A model generated the notes under the pieces. It had not been told where the DNA came from. It ran no database searches and was given only the letters and a program-made list of their open reading frames with translations. A DNA stretch of 64,000 bases from Candidatus Anstonellales archaeon. Lineage in GTDB: Archaea; Micrarchaeota; Micrarchaeia; Anstonellales; J096. The stretch is taken from contig JAWAFD010000004.1 in the NCBI GenBank assembly GCA_038890745.1, forward strand, positions 32,001 to 96,000, in the 5' to 3' direction. Each line of letters starts with the position of its first letter. Within the stretch, counting starts at the first letter, position 1. Shown piece after piece: positions 13,257 to 21,564 of this stretch. A program made the position numbers and the translations under genes.

Positions 13257-15548
13257 TTATATCCTCCCCAGCTTCTTTTTCAGCATCTCCTTTGCCTCGT
13301 TTATTTTTCCGTGCGGGACAATAATGAGTGCGGTTGCGTTCCCCTCTTTCACTAAAAACGCGTTCTCCTTTTTTCCCAGGCATTCAACCTTTTCTATCTC
13401 TTCCCCAAAACTTTCTTTTACCAAGCTTTCCATTTCGCTCAGGAGTTTGAGCATGAGAATTTTGAGAACGTTTGCCTTTCCTTTTGCAAAATGTCCGCCG
13501 AGCAGTTTTCCATCTTTTACGATTATCCCACCGCTCGCGATTCCTTTTCTCACCATTGCACTTATCAAACTCTGCGCCATCCCTTCAGGACCCTTCACGC
13601 TTCTCTGAAGCACTTCTCCCTCAAGCGCAACCCCTTCCTCAGGGTGCTCCTCAACAAACCTGTTTGCTGCCCAAACCCTCCATGCCTGCGGAATGCTTAT
13701 CATGCTATCAAGAGCAACAGCATCGCTTTCCTCCAAAAGGGATAGGATGTAAGCCTCCCATCTTGGCCAGCTCTCCTTGCTTATTTCTTCCTTTTCCTTA
13801 AGGCCAGCCTTCGCATCCTCTATTTTTTCTGTGTATGCTTTTAGTATATCCCTAACCGCCCTTTGGTCTTCATTCTCAGCAATCATCTTTTCCAGTCTTT
13901 CTAGCGGAACAGATATGAGAAGATCGTACTCTTTTGTTGTGTCTATTTTTTTCTCATTGTAAACATTTATCTCATGCCTTAGCTCCTCCATAAGCTCTTT
14001 TAGTTTCTTCAATTTCAGCGCGTTTGCTTGCGGGCTCAACTCAATAATACTTTTGTAGTATTCCTTTCCACCTACTATTCCTTTTATCTTATCCTCAATC
14101 ACAATGTAAAGGAGGTTAACTCCTAAGAAAAATGTAATGAATGCCAAAAACCCACCGAAATCCTTTCCAAGATATTCTATTGTGGCGCTGAAAACAAGCT
14201 CCTGCTCTGCAACCGGTTTTGCAACATAATGCTGGAGTACGTATCCTGCGCCCAACAGCAACACTGCTCCGAGAACATACCTTCCCCAATAAACATTTGC
14301 CTCGCCTAGAGAACGCTTAAACTCCTTCAAAATATCCTTTTTATCTGTTATTGCAAAAACTATCGAAAGGAGAGATTTTAGAATTTGAATAAGGATGAGG
14401 GAGAGAACGCTCCAGAATGCGATGGAGGTTGCAAGGGCTATGTAGTATCCGTACTGAACTGTTTTTGAGAAAACATTTTTTGTTATATCCGCGGCCTCTC
14501 TGAAGAAAGGAACTGTTTCAAGAGAGATCACCCTTATCGTAATATCCGGTGTACTCCACCTGCTGAAAACATCCTCGCGTGGCTCAAGCGTCGCAATTGC
14601 GGAATAAAGAAGGAAATATTTTGGGTAGGTTGAGGATTTTATAACCGGCCAGACTATTTTTACCGGTGCGTGCTCATAAACATTCCCGCCCTGGAATAGA
14701 TTCAGTTTTATCATGGAAGAGCTAAGCACATTCGGAAGCCGGTCTTTTACATATGTTTCAACATACGCGCCTTTTTCTTCACTATCAACCTGCAGAAGAA
14801 TGGTATACTCATAACTTGTGATCGTTCTTGTTGAATTCCCTACCCTCCTCATTATCTGCCTTATTTTTTCTGTATCATAATTTATTGGAGTGCATATCCC
14901 GAATGCATTTTTGTCCATGAGTGGGTTTGCGTTTATCTCCATCGTGAGAACAAGGATTCTGTCTAGTTTTTGAAGGACGGATGCCTTCTGCGTTTTGCTT
15001 GCCGTGTTTAGGGTTAGTAGCGAGTTTTCCACTTCGGTTATGAGATTATTAAGCTCGTTTATTTCAGAGTAAAATGAGTAGATAGAATACCCAAGGGGCT
15101 CTTTTGCATACTCTTTATATTTTCCGCATGCAGGAGAGGTGCAGATATCAGAGCATGTTTCAACGCTCGTGCATGAACCTGTTCCTATCCCAATATTCTG
15201 TTTGCATCTGAGCTCGCTCTCCTGTTTGTTTGCGCTGAAAGAAAGCATTAGCGACTGCATCTCATTTATATCCTGTTCTGAGAGGTCGTTCACTGCATAG
15301 ACTGTTGTCTCAGCTTCCTTCGGAGAAGCTATTAAAATTCTCGTAAATGTAATCTTTGCCCCTTCTTCTTCAACAACATAGGGCGAAAATTTGTAATACC
15401 GCACATCTGCAATCCCGTCATTATCTATATCCTCGACGCTCACAGCGTATATTTTTTCATACTCTCCAATCTCGACCTTTCTTTCCCTTATACACCCGGA
15501 GGAGATCAAAAGAAGAAAAGCAATTAAAACAAACGAAAACTTTCGCAT
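13257..15548 (-). CDS. Membrane protein: lipoprotein-like signal, Cys-rich extracellular domain, about 3 TM helices, coiled-coil cytoplasmic region
   Basis: LISSGC lipobox-like motif, CxxxxxCxxxCxxxxC cluster, central hydrophobic segments. Confidence 0.7.
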   Translation of the reverse strand: MRKFSFVLIAFLLLISSGCIRERKVEIGEYEKIYAVSVEDIDNDGIADVRYYKFSPYVVEEEGAKITFTRILIASPKEAETTVYAVNDLSEQDINEMQSLMLSFSANKQESELRCKQNIGIGTGSCTSVETCSDICTSPACGKYKEYAKEPLGYSIYSFYSEINELNNLITEVENSLLTLNTASKTQKASVLQKLDRILVLTMEINANPLMDKNAFGICTPINYDTEKIRQIMRRVGNSTRTITSYEYTILLQVDSEEKGAYVETYVKDRLPNVLSSSMIKLNLFQGGNVYEHAPVKIVWPVIKSSTYPKYFLLYSAIATLEPREDVFSRWSTPDITIRVISLETVPFFREAADITKNVFSKTVQYGYYIALATSIAFWSVLSLILIQILKSLLSIVFAITDKKDILKEFKRSLGEANVYWGRYVLGAVLLLGAGYVLQHYVAKPVAEQELVFSATIEYLGKDFGGFLAFITFFLGVNLLYIVIEDKIKGIVGGKEYYKSIIELSPQANALKLKKLKELMEELRHEINVYNEKKIDTTKEYDLLISVPLERLEKMIAENEDQRAVRDILKAYTEKIEDAKAGLKEKEEISKESWPRWEAYILSLLEESDAVALDSMISIPQAWRVWAANRFVEEHPEEGVALEGEVLQRSVKGPEGMAQSLISAMVRKGIASGGIIVKDGKLLGGHFAKGKANVLKILMLKLLSEMESLVKESFGEEIEKVECLGKKENAFLVKEGNATALIIVPHGKINEAKEMLKKKLGRI

Positions 15549-15571
15549 GTTTAGAATTCAGCGAAATGCTT

Positions 15572-16015
15572 TTAAAAATGAACGCTTTTTCGTTTTTCCC
15601 AATTTTCAACCCCACCCTCGATGACTCTAAAAACCGGATTTGCTTCTATATTTTTTACTGCTTTTATCTCATCATACTTTTTTCTGTCTCTTTTTCTTAA
15701 TTTTTTAAGAAGATGACTGAACTCAAAAATAACCTGGCCCCGAGTGACTTTTATAATCCCTTTCTTTTCAACCGGCTCTATTTTGTTTATGTTAAATTTA
15801 TATCCTCTTTTCCTGCCCTCACTATGGATATAGTAGAGATAAGAATTAATCGCTTCTATTGGTTTTTTGAGATTTTTAAATCTTATAAGCTGCGGATGGT
15901 TTTTGTATCCAATAGTTTTTCCTTCCAAAACTTTTTTTGCCAGCAACCCTTCTCTCCAAACAGCCACAAGCCCTTTTTTATCTAAATATCTTGGGTGTAT
16001 AGACCAAAGCCGCAT
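15572..16015 (-). CDS. Pyrimidine dimer DNA glycosylase / T4 endonuclease V-like family protein
   Basis: MRLWSIHPRYLDKKGLVAVWREGLLA...GYKNHPQL signature. Confidence 0.85.
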   Translation of the reverse strand: MRLWSIHPRYLDKKGLVAVWREGLLAKKVLEGKTIGYKNHPQLIRFKNLKKPIEAINSYLYYIHSEGRKRGYKFNINKIEPVEKKGIIKVTRGQVIFEFSHLLKKLRKRDRKKYDEIKAVKNIEANPVFRVIEGGVENWEKRKSVHF

Positions 16016-16069
16016 GCTATCTAAAACAATTCGCAAAAACAAAAAGGAAAAGATAAAAGGGAAAAAAGA

Positions 16070-16285
16070 TTATGCGTTCTTCATCCTCGCCCTGTAAACA
16101 TAACCGTCTTTTCCGAGGAAGTAAAGGTATCCCTCTTCTTTTGTTATCTTTTCATTCCCAACCTTTTTCTTCCTTCCGCTTTTGTTGTGTTTCATCGGTG
16201 TTGCCCAGACATAACCGTCTTTTCCGATGTAGTAGAGATATCCCTCTTCCCTGTTTATCTTTTCCTTCCCAATTCTCTCAGCCAT
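16070..16285 (-). CDS. Small basic protein made of two tandem repeats, possible nucleic-acid binder
   Basis: 71 aa; GxEKIx(R/K)EEGYLY(Y/F)(I/L)GKDGYV(W/Y)xxxMK occurs twice; GGTGA SD-like motif upstream. Confidence 0.8.
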   Translation of the reverse strand: MAERIGKEKINREEGYLYYIGKDGYVWATPMKHNKSGRKKKVGNEKITKEEGYLYFLGKDGYVYRARMKNA

Positions 16286-16375
16286 GCTATCACCGAATTA
16301 GAATAGAATGGAAAGATTTATTAAGTTTATCTCGAAGAGAGAAAAGCTTTTAATTCATGAAAAATACTAATTTTT

Positions 16376-17626
16376 ATGGATTTTGGCAAAATTCTGAGAA
16401 AAATTTCTCCTTCACAAGCCGAGAAGCGCATGCTGAATGCAACGGCTAAGGAGGTTGTTTCAAAACTAAAAAAATACATTCCTGCTGAACCCATGCTCAT
16501 GGGTTCCATAGCAAAAGGGACATCCCTAAAAGGCGAGGCGGATGTAGACCTCTTCTTTTTATTCTCTAAAAAATATACAAAGGAGGAGATGGGAAGGATT
16601 GTAATTACCGCGTGCAAGAAAGTTTTCAGGAATGTCCTTGTCCACTACGCAGAGCATCCCTACGCGCGCTTCTACTACAAAAAAATAAAATTCGATATTG
16701 TACCCGCGTACAAATTGGAGAGCGTTTCTGAGATGGGAACATCTGTTGACAGAACGCAATTCCATCTTAAGTATATTAAAAAGCATCTCAGGAAATCCCA
16801 GATTAAGGAGGTTCTTCTGCTAAAACAGTTTCTGAAAGCAAACGATCTTTACGGTGCGGAGATAAAAACACAGGGTTTTTCTGGCTACCTCTGCGAACTT
16901 CTCATCATTGAGCATGGTTCTTTTCTTAACCTTCTGAAAGCCGCGAGCAAATGGAAGCCAAAATTTCCCGAACCGCTTGTTGTGCCAGACCCTGTTGATG
17001 AGAAAAGAAATGTTGCCTCTCCGCTTAGCAGGGAAAATTTTGATAGGTTTGTTGCGCTCGCAAAAGAATTTCTGAAAAATCCAAGCGAGGAGTTTTTCTT
17101 TCCAAAAATAAAAAAACTGAGCAAAAAACAATTGGCAGAAAAATTTTCGAATATCGTTGGGCTTGTTTTTCCTTCTCCAAAAGTTGTGGATGATATAAAA
17201 TGGGGGCAGATCAGAAAATTGAAAAATCAGTTAGAGCATTTTCTTTCTCACAAAGGATTTTTTATTGAAAACATATTTCTGTACGATGATGGAAAGATCT
17301 CAGCATTTATAGTTCATTATTTCCCCGACAGGCTTCCTCCGTATGCGGTTCAGCGCGGCCCGCCAATCACGGATGAAAAAAACGTCCAGGCATTCAAAAA
17401 AAAGCACAGAAAAACATTTGTAAAGGGTGAGAGGGTGTATGCTCTCGAAAAACAGCCGCAGGAAATCGAGCACCATCTCCGCATTTTTCTAAAATCTACT
17501 CTCCCATCGAAATACGAGAAGAATAAAAAGAAAATAAGGATATACAAAAAAGAAAAGGTGTTTAGCAAGTTTGCAGAAATGCTTTCACGACAGATTTTGA
17601 AGAAGAACATTTTTAAACCTTTATAG
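16376..17626 (+). CDS. cca: Archaeal (class I) CCA-adding enzyme
   Basis: GSIAKGT...DVDLF, YAEHPY, DIVP, VDRT, YGAE...GFSGYLCELL. Confidence 0.95.
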   Translation: MDFGKILRKISPSQAEKRMLNATAKEVVSKLKKYIPAEPMLMGSIAKGTSLKGEADVDLFFLFSKKYTKEEMGRIVITACKKVFRNVLVHYAEHPYARFYYKKIKFDIVPAYKLESVSEMGTSVDRTQFHLKYIKKHLRKSQIKEVLLLKQFLKANDLYGAEIKTQGFSGYLCELLIIEHGSFLNLLKAASKWKPKFPEPLVVPDPVDEKRNVASPLSRENFDRFVALAKEFLKNPSEEFFFPKIKKLSKKQLAEKFSNIVGLVFPSPKVVDDIKWGQIRKLKNQLEHFLSHKGFFIENIFLYDDGKISAFIVHYFPDRLPPYAVQRGPPITDEKNVQAFKKKHRKTFVKGERVYALEKQPQEIEHHLRIFLKSTLPSKYEKNKKKIRIYKKEKVFSKFAEMLSRQILKKNIFKPL

Positions 17627-17640
17627 ACACATTATAGTCC

Positions 17641-19128
17641 ATGGAAACTATTAGTTCAAAAATATCCAACTTGCATAAAGCATACAAACAACTTAATGGC
17701 TACAAAAAAATAAAAGAGGTAGCAAGAGAATTGCGGTTTGAGATCTCTAAAAGGATGTCAACTAGGTACGATATTATTGTTGAGTTTCCTCTTTTTATAG
17801 TACAAAAATATAACCTAAACCCTATTACGAGGCCCATAAAAGTAATAAAAGAAGAAGGAGGAGAATCTGTTTTTAATATCTATCTCCCTCCTATGCATAC
17901 GCATCTTCCAGTGGAGTTTTTGGAGAGATATAGGGCAGAGATGGGAAAATATATACCGTGGTTTGTTGAGAATTATCCGAACCTCCGCACATCCCCCATT
18001 GGTGCAAATGATTTTGATGTTCTGATTACTGTTGTGTTAAGAGAATTGATGAAAACAAACCATTATTTTTTAGAATACCTGCGCGATGAAAACAAGATTC
18101 TTGAAGAAAAAGGACTTAGGAAACGCCTTCTTCTTACCACTGGAGAAGCTTTCATTGTTTTCTTCATCTCAAAAATACAAGAGAAAATATTTAATATGGA
18201 GTTAGAACTAATGAATTTACTTTTGTCCATCATAAAAAGTGATGTGAGCAGAATAGATGTTCTTGCCGTGATACAAAAAGCAGGAAGAGAAAACAACAGC
18301 GCTTTGATTGAAGACTTTATAACCACAGAGCAGAAGAAGTACCATGAACAGAGGATGCAGAAGCTTAAAAGAGATGTTGGGGCTTATACTTGGTTGTTTA
18401 CGGATGAGGAACTTAAGAAATGTATCACCGAAGATGATTACTCCATTATAAAAAGAAAGATTAACTTATGCGATATATTCTCAAAACTTTTTTCAGGCCC
18501 TGATTTTCTTAATCTTGATAAAAAAGCGGATAAAAGTTTAATCCGTTTGATTATAAATATGTCGCTTGGTGCAGGAATAGAGAATGGAGCTGATGCTCTG
18601 AAATGGCTTTTTGAAAACAGAAAAATCTTTGATGCTTTGAATTTACCAGGTTCGAAAATGATATCGCATGCGTTGAAAAGGATTGAGAATCGTAAGATTG
18701 CTGAAACGAACAAAAAACAAAACAGGAGTGGGAAGGTGTCGGTAAAAACGAGTAGTGGCAGTGATAAAAAAAGGGACGATAAGGCAAAACTCAGAGAAAG
18801 AATGAATAAAGTTTGGAGCGAAGAATTACAGAAAAAAATTGAAAATGAAGGGGTTGACCCGCTCGCTGCCTATGCTTGTTTGGAGGCTTTTAAAATGAAA
18901 GGTGGGGCATACCCAACCGGCGCTGCATACAGAAACTTTACAAATGTTATGAAAGCCGCGAGTGGGAAGTATGGTGATAGAGAAAAGATAAATGTTGCGA
19001 TGGAATTTTTGATTTCTATAGGTATTGTTTTGGTCCGTGGGGATAAAAACGAAAAAACCGCAAACCTGACACACTATAACATTAAAGAAGAGTGGCGCGA
19101 GATTGCATTCTGGGTTGAAAAGCCATAA
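17641..19128 (+). CDS. Hypothetical protein
   Basis: 495-aa ORF; no family recognised. Confidence 0.65.
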   Translation: METISSKISNLHKAYKQLNGYKKIKEVARELRFEISKRMSTRYDIIVEFPLFIVQKYNLNPITRPIKVIKEEGGESVFNIYLPPMHTHLPVEFLERYRAEMGKYIPWFVENYPNLRTSPIGANDFDVLITVVLRELMKTNHYFLEYLRDENKILEEKGLRKRLLLTTGEAFIVFFISKIQEKIFNMELELMNLLLSIIKSDVSRIDVLAVIQKAGRENNSALIEDFITTEQKKYHEQRMQKLKRDVGAYTWLFTDEELKKCITEDDYSIIKRKINLCDIFSKLFSGPDFLNLDKKADKSLIRLIINMSLGAGIENGADALKWLFENRKIFDALNLPGSKMISHALKRIENRKIAETNKKQNRSGKVSVKTSSGSDKKRDDKAKLRERMNKVWSEELQKKIENEGVDPLAAYACLEAFKMKGGAYPTGAAYRNFTNVMKAASGKYGDREKINVAMEFLISIGIVLVRGDKNEKTANLTHYNIKEEWREIAFWVEKP

Positions 19129-19165
19129 AACACACATTTTAAATATTTTTCATATAATATGCATC

Positions 19166-20236
19166 ATGGAAGTTATCTCAACTCTGGGAAGCCATTCTGC
19201 GTTGGATGTGTGCGAGGGCGCTAAGCGACATAATTTTAAGACCCTTGTTGTTTGCAAAAAAGGGAGGGAAAAAACATACGATCAGTATTATAAAACAAGG
19301 GTGAGGAATGGGGTAATAATTGGGGTTGTGGACAGTACAATAATTCTAGATGAGTTCAAGCAGATTGCAAACAAGGATGTGCAGAAAAAGCTGGAGGATA
19401 CAGTTTTTATTCCGAACAGAAGCTTTGCGGTTTATGTTGGCTATGATGTAATAGAAAAGGAAATTCATTTTCCGATTTTTGGGAATAAGTTTTTGCTCAG
19501 GGCAGAGGAGCGGGACGCTCCGAAAAATCAATTCTACCTTCTGGAAAAGGCTGGAATAAAAATACCCAAGGTTTATGAAAGGCCAGAGAAGATAGATTCG
19601 CTTGCGATAGTGAAGGTAAGCGAGGCAAAAAGGCATTATGAAAGGGCTTTTTTTGTTGTTTCATCATATGATGAGTACATGGAAAAGGCAAGCCAGATGC
19701 TGAGCGCAGGAATGGTAAAGGAGGAGGATTTGAAGAATGCGAGAATAGAGGAGTTTGTAATCGGTGCGCAGTTCAATTTCAATTTTTTCTACTCAAAAGT
19801 GAATAACGAGCTTGAGCTTCTTGGGCTTGATACCAGGAGGCAGGTGGATTTGGATGGTTTTCTCCATCTTCCGGCGGATAAGCAGCTGGAGGCTCTGAAA
19901 TACAAAAAACCAAAGAATATAGAAGTAGGCCATTTCGCATGCACTATAAGGGAAAGTTTTTTGGAGAAGGTTTTTGAGATGGGTGAGAAGTTTGTTTCAA
20001 CTGTGGAGAAGGAATATGGAAAGTTTGCGGGCCCCTTTGCCTTGCAAGGAATAATAGATGGTAATGAAGAGATGAAAATATTTGATGTGAGTTTTAGGAT
20101 GCCGGGCTCACCCGGAACGAGGTTTACTCCTTATTGCTATTATTTACACAGAAGAGGGTGCGGGGTTGGAGAAAGGGTTGCTGTTGAGATCCGAGAGGCG
20201 ATAAACAAGGAGATGCTGGATGAGGTGACGACATGA
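19166..20236 (+). CDS. purP: PurP-family ATP-grasp protein (FAICAR synthetase-like)
   Basis: TLGSHSALD, PNRSF, FNFNFFYS, GPFALQ; ATG at 19166. Confidence 0.85.
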   Translation: MEVISTLGSHSALDVCEGAKRHNFKTLVVCKKGREKTYDQYYKTRVRNGVIIGVVDSTIILDEFKQIANKDVQKKLEDTVFIPNRSFAVYVGYDVIEKEIHFPIFGNKFLLRAEERDAPKNQFYLLEKAGIKIPKVYERPEKIDSLAIVKVSEAKRHYERAFFVVSSYDEYMEKASQMLSAGMVKEEDLKNARIEEFVIGAQFNFNFFYSKVNNELELLGLDTRRQVDLDGFLHLPADKQLEALKYKKPKNIEVGHFACTIRESFLEKVFEMGEKFVSTVEKEYGKFAGPFALQGIIDGNEEMKIFDVSFRMPGSPGTRFTPYCYYLHRRGCGVGERVAVEIREAINKEMLDEVTT

Positions 20237-21237
20237 TCGCGAAGGAAAAAATAAATAGGATTGTTGAAAGTTATAAAGAGCTAAAAATAGCTACGCTCTG
20301 CTCCCACTCTGCCTTGCAGATTTTTTATGGTGCGAAGTTAGAAGGAATAAAAACAATCGGTATATGTACAAAAGAAAAGAAAAAACTTTACGAAAGATTT
20401 CCGAACACAAAGCCAGATGAGTTTATAATAGTAGATAGTTATAAGGATGTTGATTTCAGCGAGGTTGTTGCCAGAGAAGGAATAATCATTCCACATGGTT
20501 CTTTTGTTGAATATCTTGGGAAAAAACTTGATGCTGCTGAGGTTCCGGTGTATGGAAACAGAAAGTCGCTTGTTTACGAAAGGGATAGAGAAAGGATGCT
20601 CTCCTGGTTGAGGAAGGCCGGAATAAAGGTTCCGAGAACCCTTAAACCAAAAGAAATCAAAAAACCGGCAATAGTCAAGTTTCCGGGAGCAAAGGGGGGG
20701 AGAGGATACCCTATAGTAAAAAGCTATGAAGAGTACAAGAAAAAAGTTGGGGATAGGGAAGCGATCGCACAGGAGTTTATCTCAGGCATAAGAGCATACC
20801 CGCATTATTTTAATTCTATTTTTGAAGGTGTTGAATTGCTCGGGGTTGATAGAAGGATAGAGAGCAACGCGGATGAGTTTGCAAGGGCGATCGCGGCTGG
20901 GTATAAAGACATATCATTTACAATAGTTGCTAATGAAAGCATAATTCTGAGGGAAAGCCTTCTTTTGGAGTATGTAAAGATAGGGGACGCTGTTGTCAGC
21001 GCTTCCAAAAAAATATTTGGTGGAATTTTCGGCCCGTTCTGTGTTGAAACAATAATTACCCCGGATTTAGAGATATACGCATTCGAAATCTCCGCGAGAA
21101 TAGTTGCCGGAACGAACATTCTCTACCATCCATACGCCGAGTTTGCTTATGGAAAGGATATGTTTATCGGAAGAAGGATTGCGGTTGAGCTGAAAAGGGC
21201 ATTTAGAGAAAAAAGGATAAAGGAAATTGTTTACTAA
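20233..21237 (+). CDS. purP: Second PurP-family ATP-grasp protein
   Basis: ATLCSHSALQI, PHGSFVEY, GAKGGRG, LRESLL, FEISARIVAGTN; ATGA overlap with upstream paralogue. Confidence 0.88.
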   Translation: MIAKEKINRIVESYKELKIATLCSHSALQIFYGAKLEGIKTIGICTKEKKKLYERFPNTKPDEFIIVDSYKDVDFSEVVAREGIIIPHGSFVEYLGKKLDAAEVPVYGNRKSLVYERDRERMLSWLRKAGIKVPRTLKPKEIKKPAIVKFPGAKGGRGYPIVKSYEEYKKKVGDREAIAQEFISGIRAYPHYFNSIFEGVELLGVDRRIESNADEFARAIAAGYKDISFTIVANESIILRESLLLEYVKIGDAVVSASKKIFGGIFGPFCVETIITPDLEIYAFEISARIVAGTNILYHPYAEFAYGKDMFIGRRIAVELKRAFREKRIKEIVY

Positions 21238-21238
21238 G

Positions 21239-21489
21239 CGCCGGGGGTGGGATTTTCAGCCAAACCACCCTCCAAAACATCCTAAACAGATATGGGGTGG
21301 AAGCGTGATGCGGTGAAACAAGTGCGACCCAAAAGTTTAGGAGGGTTGGGTCGCACCGAAGCCCTCCGGGTTGTTTCATCGCATCAGGGGGGATGACAAA
21401 GAGTTAAAGCCCCCCTGGGCTTTCGAACCCACGCACCCTTTCGGGTAACAGCTTAGCAGGCTGCCGCCATACCTCTAGGCGACCCCGGC
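21239..21489 (-). tRNA. tRNA-Ser(GCT) with 169-nt T-loop intron (59/60; intron 21253-21421)
   Basis: Minus strand: acceptor GCCGGGG/CCCCGGC, anticodon arm GCAGC-CTGCTAA-GCTGT, long variable arm ACCCGAAAGGGT, T-stem GTGGG/CCCAC; BHB TTCG/TGAA helix with AAA and AAT bulges. Confidence 0.92.
21306..21386 (-). mobile_element. 81-bp MITE-like element, copy 1 (inside tRNA-Ser intron)
   Basis: 16-bp terminal inverted repeats (one mismatch); 80/81 identical to 26171-26251; mobility is inferred. Confidence 0.6.
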
Positions 21490-21564
21490 ACACTCTTTTT
21501 TCTGCACAAAAGGCTTTAAAAACTCTCCAAATCCTTTTTAAACATTTCTTATCCTAAATTATTC

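Noticed and set aside
21370..21392. Hammerhead or twister ribozyme suggested by CTGATG...GAAAC and GGAGGG/AAGCCC
   Set aside because: CUGANGA is incomplete, there is no stem II between the motifs, and twister core spacing could not be matched by eye; needs an Infernal search
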